Source: Lama glama
Lineage: Eukaryota
NCBI GenBank assembly: GCA_028534125.1
Contig: CM052817.1
Span: 31,932,001-31,996,000, forward strand
Direction of reading: 5' to 3'
Length of the DNA stretch: 64,000 nucleotides
This document shows, in pieces, positions 13,201-25,371 of the stretch. Under the pieces are notes generated by a model that saw nothing but the letters and a program-made list of their open reading frames with translations, made no database searches and was not told where the DNA came from. The translations under genes and the position numbers were made by a program. Position 1 is the first letter of the stretch. Every line of letters begins with the position of its first letter.

Positions 13201-13794
13201 ACCCATTTAAGTAACATATTAAGGCTCAGAAAATATGACGGTTTCACTGCAGACCTCTGGGCCATGACTCCTCATTGTGACAGGCTCCAAAGTTGGGCGC
13301 CATCACAGACCCTCTTAGTTGCACAGCAGCGCCTGGCTTTAGCCCCCAAGTGGTTATCCTGTGATCGCCTCCTCCCCATGTTTATGAAAGAACGTATTGT
13401 GTGGGATAAGGTTTACACTGATTGACAGTTCCTCTCACTCTAGATATTTATCAAGAATCAGCAATTTATTCAGATCAACATTCTCTGTAAAGAAAATAAC
13501 ACATTTCAAAGTTAGTAACAAAACAACATTCCAAATCAGTTTGGTCACAATGGATGACCATATAGAACATGCCACAAAGCTTAATCCTTCACATTCCAGT
13601 ACATCCAGTAATTCTAAAAGGACTTGCACACAAAAGTCAAAAAGCCCCACCCCACCAACAGGCTTTATTCTTCACAATGGCTAAGTCAGTCTAAACAAAG
13701 TACAAATATGGGAGGGTAGAATTCAGAACTGATTCACTGCACCCTACGAAATGGGGCCCTAGAAATCCAAATTAAGTGCCCAATAAGAATAAAA

Positions 13795-13935
13795 ACAACC
13801 ACTACTAAGTACTGAGGGCCTACTATGTGTGAAAAACTAGGTTAGGTGCTTTACACACATGACTTCATTTTAACTCAAACCAACCATAATTTCTGTAAGT
13901 GTTCAACTTTGCAGCTGTGGAAACAGACAAGGCTA
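13795..13935 (-). mobile_element. MIR SINE
   Basis: tactgagggcctactatgtg...ggtgctttacacaca...ggaaacaga. Confidence 0.65.
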
Positions 13936-16746
13936 GTAAATAAACTGAGAAATACTACACATCTGGATTTTTATATTTTAAAAGAGTAAGCTGTTATACG
14001 GAGTTACGAGATAAAGTTCTCAAATTAAAATGCAATTATGATTTTAATGTTTTTATATTGATTTTGAACCTCAGAACAAAAGCAAGAGACCTCTCAAAAA
14101 AGGGTAACTAAGCATAATTAACGCACAACTTAAGTATTTCGTGAAGAATAAATTTGCCTTATCAAAAGTGAAAAATAGGAGGGAAAAAAGAAAAATCATA
14201 TTATGGCTAACAAATCATAAAAATACTTATTTTAGACTAATTCAATCCTCTTCTGTTAATGTCTCACTGTTAAAAGTCCAAGAACAATTTTATAAAGTGA
14301 TATTCCCCCATTTCAGCTAGAATTCTTAATCTTTCACCTAAAATATGTTTCCCAAAGATGCATTCTCTCAGTTTAAACAGTGATAATTCAATCAGCTGCA
14401 AAATTCTGTGTCTGCAGTTTTTACAATATGGGGAAAATCTGACCAAGTATGCAAGTATCAGTTGCCATATCCGTGGTTTAATTGAAACTTTCCTCCATTC
14501 CACGTAAATCATTCCTTTTCTCCTGGATCTCTGCATGCCTCTTTTCCTTTATTCTTGCTTTATGTTGAGAAAATTTTTGATCCCTGGCTCAGTTTAGTGG
14601 ACTCAGGGTCATTGGAATTGTGCCTTTTGAAAGTGAACTCTAGACCAACTTCCCAATTCAGGTTATGTTCTTATTATAAGAATTTTAATATATGTTAAAA
14701 CCATATTAAGGCTAGATGTAAATACTAACTAGAAGATGTATCAGAGTAAAGCAAACAGGCAAAAAAGAAAAAAAAATTTTACCTTTCTAGAAACCTAACA
14801 CCAGATACAGTATAATATATGAAAACAGACGTAATTCTACCACCTTCACTGAGCCCAACTGTATATCAAACTAGGTAGTGAAGGACACAAACACTGAATA
14901 AGACATAAACCTTATGGAATCTGTAGTGTGATATGACTCATTCAGCACTTGGGCCATCCCTAAACTGTCACAGGGGACAGTTTTCTAGAAAGTTCCAATA
15001 TGTACAAATGGATCTATCGCAAAACAATCTTATCTTTTAATATATCAGAATTTTGAATTAATGATGTGATTATATTTAAAGCTGTAATATTTGTGTAGGA
15101 TTTAAAATGAGAGGAAATAAGATGTGGAGAATGCAAAGTAAGGAACTGAGTCATTTCTCCCACCTCATCAGGTTTTTCATCCTCACTTACTAGTTACATA
15201 AATCCTACGTGGAATGCAATATTTCACTTATGACAATTTTGTCTTTCAAGCTTTTCATAAACCTGTCAAACTATAAGCTACATGAAACATTTTTTGTTTT
15301 ATAGGTACTCAGTTTTAAAAATAAGAGCTTTTATCACATAGAACTAAATGCATTATGATTGAAGATCATAGTACCAAAATGATCATTTGATTCTTATCTA
15401 TAAGCACCTGTCCTAGTTAATAGTTCAAAGTGATTTCAAAAAAATCATATTCCAGAAACTAAGGCTTAATGTCCTAATTTAATCTTAAGCAAGCTCATTT
15501 AAAATTTCCATTAAGATACTTTTACCTTAAAATAATACAACCAAAATACTTCTCATTAGTTAATATTGCTGAAACACCAAAAATTTGAAATGTGACTTTA
15601 GGAAATTTAATTTAAAAATAGGTTTAAAAGATTTAGTTTCTACTGCATTTCCAATGACAAAATTGAATCCCATTTAGTATGGAACTAAAATTAGTATAAT
15701 CGTCCAACCTTTTTATTGCCTCAATATGTATTAGAAGACAAAAAAGAGTCATTTGATTCAAGAGTTGATCCAAAGAGACTTAACAGTTAGATTAATATCC
15801 AAAAAGTCACATGTAAGACAAATCTGTATAAACCCCATTTCCATGATAATTTCAGAGAAATGACCTGATCTAAGAAGGCAGCACAATGTACTCAGTACAG
15901 GTACACAATACTAAGCTATATTAACTTAGTCAAAGTGACTTAACTTCATTTATAGAAGAAAGGGAGCAAGGGAAGGAGGGAGAAAATTAGAGAAGAGAGA
16001 AGATGGAGTACATAAAAATCATTTTGCAAGTGTATAGGCAGTAATGATAGTATCCTTCTCTTCACAAAAGAAACATGCTGGCTGGCCCGATACACAAAGA
16101 GAATCACATATGAGGATCAAGTATATTAAACTTAGTCAACATGCAGACCACTACCTTTAACCTAGCCAGATATCCGGTCAGAAGTTGGCCAAGTGGACAA
16201 TTAGTCCGCAAGATAACACAGGTAAAAGCAGAGGTACATTTAGATATGCTACATAGTCATGATTTTATTGGCCACTCTCTACCACCATGGAAATTGAATA
16301 TTAATGCTCCAAATATGCCACTATCCCCAGTAAGTCCTAAGAACTCTCTTGATATTGTCATATAAGCATATTTTTGTCAAACTAGTGTAGAGAGCTTAAG
16401 TATCGTCTGATGTTCACTGAACTGTAAAATAAAGACTGTTTCAAAAGGCAAGTCAGATTTTACTGTCTGTGAATGAGGTCTCTCCCTGAAGGTTCAACAC
16501 AAGATTATTAATAAACTTGTACTTGAGACCTGTCTCCTTTACAAAAGATTTCGGTGAGGGATCTAGCATATGGAATGCTCCTTAATCTCTTACAATTCAA
16601 TTCAATAAACATCTATTGAGTTCTGGTCAGTTACAAAAATGAAATATACACAATTCTTTGCACTCCAAATAAATACAAGAATATTTCTAATACAACGCAG
16701 ACTATGATGAATCTCAGAACTGACAGATCGACAAAGGTTAGGTGGT

Positions 16747-16827
16747 GGGGAGGGTACGGCTCAGTGGTAGAATACATGCTAAGCATTCAGTTTCAATCAC
16801 CAGTACCTCCATTTAAAAAAAAAAAAA
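16747..16827 (+). mobile_element. tRNA-Ala-derived SINE (vic-1-like), internally deleted
   Basis: ggggagggtacggctcagtggtaga head, partial B-box, cagtacctcca, then an A13 tail. Confidence 0.8.
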
Positions 16828-17124
16828 CAGAAGCAAAGATTAAAAGTCAATCTGACTGACGGTATTTAAGAAGATTAGGAGAATAGTTAGGATTTGAAGG
16901 GAGAATTTAGGGAAAAGGAAAAAAAAAGAGGGAGAAAGTGTTCAAGACGCAGAGATGTCATGACAGAAGATGAAGATGAGTTAAAGAAAAGAGGTGGATA
17001 AGTATCAGTTTTGGCTGCCGAAAGAAAAACAGTGTCACAGGAGCAGAACTTGAAGCTTAAAGAAAATGATAAAGGCTTCAATTTCAGGTGGGTTTTCATT
17101 TTTCTGCAATGAGGGAGCGTGTGA

Positions 17125-17390
17125 GGGTTCAACAACTACAGAGAAACAAAATCAATTAGATAAAAATAGATATATAAGATTTACTATGGGAATTGGTTCA
17201 CACAGTTACAGAGGCTGAGAAGTCCCACGACATGCCATCTGCAAGCTGGAGAACCAGGAAAACCAGTGATAAAATTCGGTATGTGGCTAAAGGCCTGACA
17301 GCCAGGGGAGCTGATGGTATAACTCTTAGTCTGAGGCCAAAAAGGGGATGGGGTTGGCAGGGAGGGTGGTGTGCTACTGGTGTAAGTCTC
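17125..17390 (-). mobile_element. MLT2-type ERVL LTR fragment
   Basis: gaggctgagaagtcccacga...ctgcaagctggaga...ccaggaaa...aaggcctga motifs. Confidence 0.8.
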
Positions 17391-17394
17391 CAGT

Positions 17395-17578
17395 TGAGCC
17401 TTGGGATGTATACGGCCCCAGCTAATACTTGACTGCAGCTTTAGGAGGGACCTTGAGCTAGAGACACCCAGTTAAGCTGCCTCCCATAGACAGTGACAAT
17501 AAATGAGATAATAATATTTGTTATTTAAGCCACTGAGTTTTGGGGTGATTTATAACACAGCAATATATAACTCATACA
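17395..17578 (+). mobile_element. MLT1 (MaLR) LTR 3' fragment
   Basis: tttaagccactgagttttggggtgattt...cagcaata...taactcataCA terminus. Confidence 0.8.
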
Positions 17579-17629
17579 CACAGAACTTTGAATAAACATT
17601 CCTAGGGAAATGTGCCCTAAGTCCAAAAA

Positions 17630-19660
17630 AGAATTGCCAATTCCATCTTTGGGTAGACAGCCAAGAGAAAAAAAAGTGCATATGCTGACCAAAAGACAAT
17701 TAAAAGAGTGTTCCTAGCAACTTGATTCCCAACAGCCCCAAACTAGAAGCAACTCAAATATCCATCAACTGGAGAAAAATAAATAAACTGTGGTATTTCA
17801 CACAATGGAATACTTACTACACAGCAATGGGGGGCAGCGGGGACTACTGTTTCATACAACAACATGGACAAATCTCAGAGACATAATGTGAGGCAAAAGA
17901 AGGCAGAAATAAAACTTTAACGCTAGTATTGCTCTTCTGAGACTGTCGTATATAACGGGGGTACTATAAATGAGTATGCATGAAATATTTTCATTGTATT
18001 ATTCTTAGTATCACTGAGCACCAGGACTCTCAGCTGAGCCAAAGATACAGATGTAAGATAAAAAAGATAAAGCAAAAATCTTATAGTATTTAAACTGAGT
18101 TGGAAGTATCAATAAGAATTCATGAGGTGCTCTCTCTAAAAAAAATTTTTTTTCCGAGTTCTGACTACTGAAAAGGCCTAGAAACAATGGTCAGTCCACC
18201 AGCAATGAGAGCCCCTAGGGCCCAAACCGTGGTCTTGAAATTTCATTCCCCTATAAAGGAATAAGGGCTCCTTGGAGAATCCGCTGGCATGAGGTGTGGG
18301 GAGGCAAAGTATATGATGAGCCTGGAACTCCTGTCACACTAGATAATCAAGACGCTATCAAAAAGTGCCAGAGTCTTGTCAAAATAACTCAGGAAGCAAC
18401 TTATAAGTCTCCCACTGGCCAAAGATTACATAATTTAAGTATCAATGAGGGTAATTACCATAATGATTTTTTTTAATCCAATGTGTTAAAATCTAAAAGT
18501 CTATAATGAATCTGGAGGAGAAGGCAAGACCCTAATTAGCACTGTCAGAGAAAGCTAATATAATCAAGTCATTATTTTGAAACTGGTAAGCCAAGGGAAA
18601 CGATCAAGCTTTTGTCCACCTTCCCTATAACTGTACTGCGACATAACAAACAGTGCACGAGGACAGCTTCTCTTCATAGAGCATTCCACCTAATAAATGA
18701 ACAGTGAAGCTATAATATTAAAGTATCACCATTTTGCAAACCATAACAATTTAACAGACCTCAAATAGGGTGTCCATCACCAACTTTTGTAAATAAAGTT
18801 TTACTGGAACACAGACATGGCCATTAATCTACATTTTGTCTATGGCAGCTTTCCCATGAGAACAGCAGTGTTTAGCAGTTGCAGCAGACGCTATCAGAAG
18901 GCCCACAAGGCCTAAAACATACAACACCAGACTCCTTACAGGAAAAATTTCACCAACCCCTGATCTAAAGCATTAAGCACAAACAGCAACTAATCAGCAG
19001 ATAGACAACTAGGCATCATGTGCACCAGACAGACACTTGCCAAAAGACAAAGACTTGCCAAGAGAATTTGAACCTGAATCTGAACAAGTCTCTGGATCCA
19101 ACTACCAATGAACAGGAAATACAACGGTCAAAAGAGTATGTTTAATCACTTCACAGGGATGTAATTAGGAACATCTGCATCTACAAGACAAAGACCCAAT
19201 TTGTTCAACAAATAAATTTCAAGGACAAAAAGGGAGGGGAGGTTGAAATCTTAAGAGAGGAAAAAAAAAATCAGCCTATTGCAACGAGGGTAGGGCTTAT
19301 TTAGATCCTGATCTAATGAAATCAGCTGTTTTTAAAACGCATGAGAGAATTAGAATTAACACTGACTGGAGAGTTGATTATACTGGAATTGTTTTCTTGA
19401 GGCAAATAATGGTATTGTGATTTTATTTTTTAAAGGGTTTTATACTTAAGGGTACATATTGAAATACAAATAAATTATATGATGTCTAGGATTTTCTTTA
19501 AAATAATACTGGACTGGGAAGGAGGTCAGTGAGAGATAAACAATTTGGCCATGACATGATAAATACTGAACCTGAGTGATGAACAGAAGGATTCATTACA
19601 CTAGTCTGTTTACTTTTGTATATGTCTTAAATTTTCCACCATAAAAATTTTAAAATAAGG
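17630..19660 (+). mobile_element. Old L1 3' region(s) (L1MC/ME-type)
   Basis: aataaactgtggtatt...cacaatggaatac motif followed by a long L1MC-like 3'UTR, interrupted by MER58. Confidence 0.7.
18767..18962. mobile_element. MER58A-like hAT-Charlie element nested in L1
   Basis: tttgtaaataaagttttactggaacacag...ggcccacaaggcctaaaa...aacccctg. Confidence 0.8.
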
Positions 19661-19808
19661 TACAACATTTCTTCTTCAGACACAGAAAAAATCTGAAGTA
19701 AGAATAATAGGTCAGGGAGTATGTTAGGGAATCCTCAAAAAGGCAAGTTGACTGTCACAGTCTTCCAAAGGAAGGGTAAGAAGCCAACTTTGAAAAGAAC
19801 CAGTTTAG

Positions 19809-20073
19809 GGGGGTGGGTAGTAACTCAGTGGCAGACTGCATGCTTTTTTCTTTTCTTTTTTAACTGAAGTAGAGTGCATGCTTAAATTAACATGCATGAG
19901 GTCCTAGGTTCAACCCCTAGTACTTCCATTAAAAGAGAGAGAGAGAGACAATGAAATGTTCATTTAAAAAAAATGAATGAGTAAGATTTAGGTAAGTGAA
20001 AGAAAAAAATTCTAGAGCAAAGGCCTAGAAATGAGAGAATATGGCAATTTTATTAAAAAAAAAAAAAAGGGGG
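19809..20073 (+). mobile_element. vic-1-like SINE with nested micro-insertion and ~120 nt of extra 3' sequence, inside a perfect 14-bp TSD
   Basis: AAGAACCAGTTTAG at 19795-19808 and 20074-20087. tRNA head ~19809-19928; A14 at 20055-20068. Confidence 0.85.
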
Positions 20074-22414
20074 AAGAACCAGTTTAGAGATCCAGTAAAT
20101 GACTACTTAGTGGATCCAATCTTAGTTACATGACCTTTTCCAACTGCACCAAGCAGCTAGAACTAGGAAGTATATATATACATGGCAAATTAACTTAGGC
20201 TTGAGATTTGGGCAGGTTCCTCAGAATGTTAAAAAGGCAACAGAACATAAGATACTGCTGCAAATATGATCATGGGGTTTGGGTGAGTAGAAAGCCAATG
20301 AAGCTAGGAAAAAGCTAACTTAATTATAAAAACAAGAAAATGCCAAGAAACTACAAGTCATAATAAAGACAAAGAACAGATTCAAAAAGTGTGACATGTA
20401 CAAACATGAGAAGAGACTTTCCAAGTCCTCAGAAATGTAACTGTTCCAAGTGATGATGAGGTATGAGGCAAGACATGATGGGGTGTGAAACTTGGAGGCT
20501 CCAGTCCTGGAGAACTAATAATGCTGGTTGACTAGTTGGTTTCAGCTACCTGCCAAACAAGCACGCCTTTCTCCCAAGTTCATTTTAGAATCTGTATTTT
20601 TAAAAAAGTGTCCCAGTGATTAGAATCACTGGTCTAAGATATAGTGACCCTGGAATATTACTACAATGGATGCTAGACAGGTCAAGGAAACATGATGAGA
20701 GACACTAATAAGATATTAAAGACAAAAAGGGAACATCTGAGTCAAATGAAGGGCAATCCTAGGGTCAAGAGAAGGGTAAGAATAAATGAAGGGAAATGAA
20801 TAAAAGAAAGATATTACCTTCAAAAGAAAAATGATTAACTGAAAAATATTCTGATAGTGAGGACCTTAGTCTAACGCCACAATTCAAAGAAAGTAGTCTA
20901 GAAATATCTCTATCAGATAGGTTAGGGGGAAAAAAAGTATCCTCAAAAAAACAAGAATCTATCAATTTATTCACTATGGTCATAAAGTGTTAGCTGTATG
21001 AAAGCACCAAAAAACCCTATAAATCATTTAGTCAATTCACTCATTTCATAGATGAGAAAACCAAGGTCTACTAAGACTAATTAACTTGTGCTTAAGAACA
21101 CTATGCAATTAAGGATTAGAGCTAAAACGTATTCCATGGTCACTTGGCCTCCCTGTCTTGTATCCTCATCTAACGCCATGGTTTCCATTTGGTGACTTAC
21201 TTCTTTATGATGCTAAATGTCCTTATATATTCTCATTCATAAATAGCAGGCATTTGGTAACTATTTGTTGACTGACACTCAAAATGAGTCTTCAATATTT
21301 TATTTCAATAGTTTTATTGTAAAGGTTTCCCATTTCAGCAACTTGTTCTGCTCAACATTACTCCCCTGCACCCTTCCAAAAAAATGTGTTCTGAGTAAAC
21401 CTCAGAGATGTTCAAAAAATGTGTTGGCTAACTAGCACCTATGCTTCCAAAAAAATGTTAGAATATGAAAAGTGCTGTGCTATCAAAAAGAAGAGCTGGC
21501 ATTACACACCTCTCTTATCCACTCCCTAAGTGTGCACATAATTTACACTTGCTAGGAAGAAGATGCTCTTGACCCAATGGACTCAAAATACCTAAACAGG
21601 TAGGAAAAGCCAGTATCAGAATAAACTGTCTCAGCCTCACAATAAGGGATTCTAGACTACAGACTAACGTTGGAAACCGTGCCTCTGGCAAGACGAAAAC
21701 AGACCCAATAACAAATCATAAAATACTAACATTTACAACTCAGTTACCATGCAAGGTTTATTTAGCAGTGAAATTACTCTTCTATATTTATTTTCATAGC
21801 TCTATCATTTCTTAAATCCAAAATTTTTTTTAATCCAAAATTTTATCATTCCACAAAACAGTTTTCTTCTCAAGTCAAACCACTTTCAGTAAGCCCAATT
21901 TTATAAGTTCACTTACTGTAATAACCATCAAAGTGGTAATCACCTATAGCAGTAGATAAATACACATATTTAAATTATTATTAGAAAATTTAGAGTAAAA
22001 AAATCTCTAATTATGAAATAAATATGAACTATAATCTTGTGACATCAATAAAGGCCACCTGTATCTCATTCAAAATGAAAATGAAGTTATTTGTAAAGTA
22101 TGAATATAGAATACAGAGCACATAAAGTACACACACATAAAGGTGTTTACACATTTTTATATTTATTCTTTATAAATATTACATATTATGCTATACCCAG
22201 AATATAATATGGAAAAATGTTTTGAAGCCTCCAAAAACATGATGTTACTGCTATTCTTGGATGTATTTTTTTAAATTACCACCAAAAAAAAAAAGAGTAG
22301 GTATTACTTACTTGTAAAAAGAGAAGGCAGTACAAAAAAAAGGGGGAAGGCAATCCAAATACAAATTGTCTTCCAAATTTCTATCACTCTTTTTAAAAAG
22401 TACATATCACTTAC

Positions 22415-22592
22415 CACTTAGAAAGGGTTGTTGAGGCACAGAGTTTGTAGAAAAAACACCAAATTTGGAAAGGATCCATCTAGAAGCTCTTTCAATCTGG
22501 AGCTTGTACTTTATAGGCACGCAAGTGGGCACACTGGGGCAAAGCAGTAGTGACTCACACCACGTACAAAGCAGAATATGGAGTGTTAAAGG
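22415..22592 (-). other. 178-nt non-coding (5'UTR) exon
   Basis: Very strong acceptor tttctctctgtctttttttgtcttccAG| and donor GTG|GTAAGT. Confidence 0.85.
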
Positions 22593-22768
22593 CTGGAAGA
22601 CAAAAAAAGACAGAGAGAAAAGAAACATGGTTGGTTATTAGTAACAGCCACCTTTGAAACAAAAGTTGTAACATTTTAGCAGTTTTCATGTAACATATCA
22701 TCAATGAAATTAGTTTTTATAATTGAGAATTTGGCCAAGAAGAACTTACTTATAAAGAAATCTCAACT

Positions 22769-22886
22769 GGGGGGAGGGTATAGCTCAGTGGCAGAGCACG
22801 TGCTTAGCATGCAAGAGTTCGTGGGTTCAATCTCCAGTATCTCCACTAAAAATAAATAAATAAACCTTAAAAAGAAAGGAAGGAAG
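22769..22886 (+). mobile_element. tRNA-Ala-derived SINE (vic-1-like)
   Basis: ggggggagggtatagctcagtggcagagcacgtgcttagcatgc...gggttcaatc, (AAAT)n tail, TSD AAAGAAATCTCA(A/G)CT at 22754-22768 and 22887-22901. Confidence 0.92.
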
Positions 22887-23179
22887 AAAGAAATCTCAGC
22901 TATATAGGGAAAGACTATCTGGAGAGAAAAAAACAAGAAAATGACAATTTGTCTTTTAAAGGTTCTAATTTAAATTTTTTTCACCACCCATACCATCTTT
23001 CTCAAGTATATTATGAATTTCCTCACCATCTAAACATAATTATCTGTTTCTTGGCGACACAAGGTACATCATTGTAAGAGTTTTTCCATAGTACTGGAGA
23101 ATACATACACTATGGGACTTGGGGTAATGACCTTAGAACTACCTTTTTCCAAAAGGTACCCCCAGGCATCCCAAGAAAT

Positions 23180-23730
23180 GAGTACTCTCTACTGCTGGTG
23201 GTAGTGTCAATATCTACAAAATTAAGAATGCATTTATTCAACAACCCTCCTCCTGGGGCATTCTCCTACAGGTATAACTGCACACTCACAAAATAAAGGA
23301 TACAGAAGACTATTGTGGGATTTTCTGTAAAACTGAAACACACTGAAAACCTAAGAGAACTGGTAAAATCACTTATGACACATCCATAAGAAGGAATATA
23401 ATGCAGCTGTAGAAATGAATAAAGAAGCACTCTGTGCAGTTCTATGCAAACATCACCAGAATAAGTTAAATAAACAAGCCACAGAAAAGCAAGGTATGGT
23501 ATATATATGTTGTTATATTCTGCTTTCCAAAAGGGGAGGGAAAGCGAGAAGTAAGATCATCTATTCTTATTTGTTCATATTTATTATGATGTACTGTAAG
23601 ATACGTAAGAAATTGGCAAAAACGGGTTAGTTATAAAGGACAGTAAGAAAACAGGGATGGGAGTGAAGACTTCTCAGTGTGTCACTTTGACTTCCAAAAC
23701 ATGTAAATGTTCCAAGAAAATTAAATTTAA
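23180..23730 (+). mobile_element. Old L1 (L1ME-type) 3' fragment
   Basis: Degenerate L1 motifs (actgctggtggtagtgt..., catccataagaaggaatataatgcagctgt). Confidence 0.55.
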
Positions 23731-24036
23731 AACAAGTTGCCCAAATAAGCTTAATTTTTTATTCTTTCATCCCTTTTTCATAAAAACATGAGCTGTTATA
23801 TGATCAGTATAATATGGTTACTTTCCTGGAAAATCAGATGGCAAATTATTTTCTTGTCCTTCAGAAAAACCCTTCTCTTTCTACTGATAGCAATTCAACA
23901 TATACTCAGTGCCTCCTATCTGTTAGCACTACACATATCCATGAACAAAATCAGAAAATCCCTGCTCGAGTGACCTTAAACTCAGTTGTTACCCTTTTAC
24001 TCATTGCTGGTGAAGGCAGAGTAAGAAAGGCATAAA

Positions 24037-24647
24037 GGCACCCACCGTGGCCTCCGGTCGGCTGCTGGCAGGAAGAGGGTGCCTGGTGGACAGCAAAGGC
24101 CCTGACAAACACATGAAGGAAGTGGGAGTGGGAATGCTCTGCAAAAAGTGGTGCAATGGCTAAATCAGATGGTATCACCACTTCTGGCACCAAAAATCTC
24201 ACCAGAAAAACTGAGAGCACTTCAAAAACATAGTTCTCCTGTAACCTGAGAGAGAAGTCTGAAGAGACTACAGCCGATGGCAGAACACCTCAGACTGCCT
24301 GCAACTTTACACACAGCACATGGGTTCAACCTCAGGAACAGTATGGGAAGGAAAGCACAACAACAAGAAGATTGCAAGATGGGAAATCAGTAGTGGAATG
24401 AGCCCTGAGCAATGTCACTAGTATACGGGTCTATGAAAAAGCAGAGGGAAAATGCCATCATCTCTCTGGACAGGAATTAGCTGCGAGGATGAACGAGCTC
24501 AGTCCAATGAGCAAAGCTCCATACTGCTTTGCGGTGTTCAATTATCTTTATCACAAACATTTTACTTCAACTACTTCACAGTGTTGGTTTAATTAGGATT
24601 ATCCCTTTCGTTAGTAAATAAATCTGTTTGTGCTATTAAAAAAAAAA
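24037..24647 (+). pseudogene. FABP5: Processed pseudogene (retrocopy) of fatty acid-binding protein 5
   Basis: Manual translation from GTG 24047 gives LVDSKGPDKHMKEVGVG...GAMAKSD...KNLTRKTESTSKT*FSCNLREKSEETTADGRTPQTACNFT...QE..GKESTTTRRLQDGKSVVE*ALSNVTSIRVYEKAE, colinear with FABP5 and intronless. Start lost, small indels, stops at 24231 and 24399. AATAAA 24617-24622, A-tail 24638-24647, TSD AAGAAA(G/A)GCATAAA at 24023-24036 and 24646-24659. Confidence 0.93.
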
Positions 24648-25371
24648 GAAAAGCATAAATATACTTTGCTAGATGAAATGTAAATTTGACAACCATTCTG
24701 AAAAGCACTGTGTCAATATGTAATGAGAAGCTTTAATACGTTCTTAGCTATTGACCTAGCAACTGTCACATTCCTGAGAACTCAAAATGCAGACAGAATT
24801 TCATATATAAATTTTTTACATTATGTATGAAGAAAATTGTAAAAAATATAAATGTCCAAAGTAGGGAAACAGTTGATTAACTCAGCAGATTGGAATATTT
24901 ACTGAGCACACAGAATTTACTCAGCAGATGGAATATTATGCTGCAGTTAATCTGGAAGTAATTTCTAGTTAAATATGGTATATTAACCACAAATATTTTT
25001 TTCCCACTCCATCCCTGGGGTCCTCTGAAATAACTGTACAATTTGAAAAATTAAATAAAAAATAAGAACACAAAAGCCAGAGAGAACAGAAGAGGCATTC
25101 TTTCCTGATAGGATAAAATTAAAATACAATTTCAAAAAACATGGGGAAATGCGTTAAATTAAAAGGCAGGACTCAAAAATTGTACATAATTTCAGCCATA
25201 CTTTTAAAATTACATTAAAACACAGGGCAAAAAACCCACTCAATATTATCCCTAAACAGTGATTTAAAATAAGTGACTTTTTTCTTTTATGCTTTTCTAT
25301 ATTTTCCAAAATATCTACAAAGAGCATTTATTACTGTTATAGTCAGAAAAATAAAATCACTTTAAAAACAT

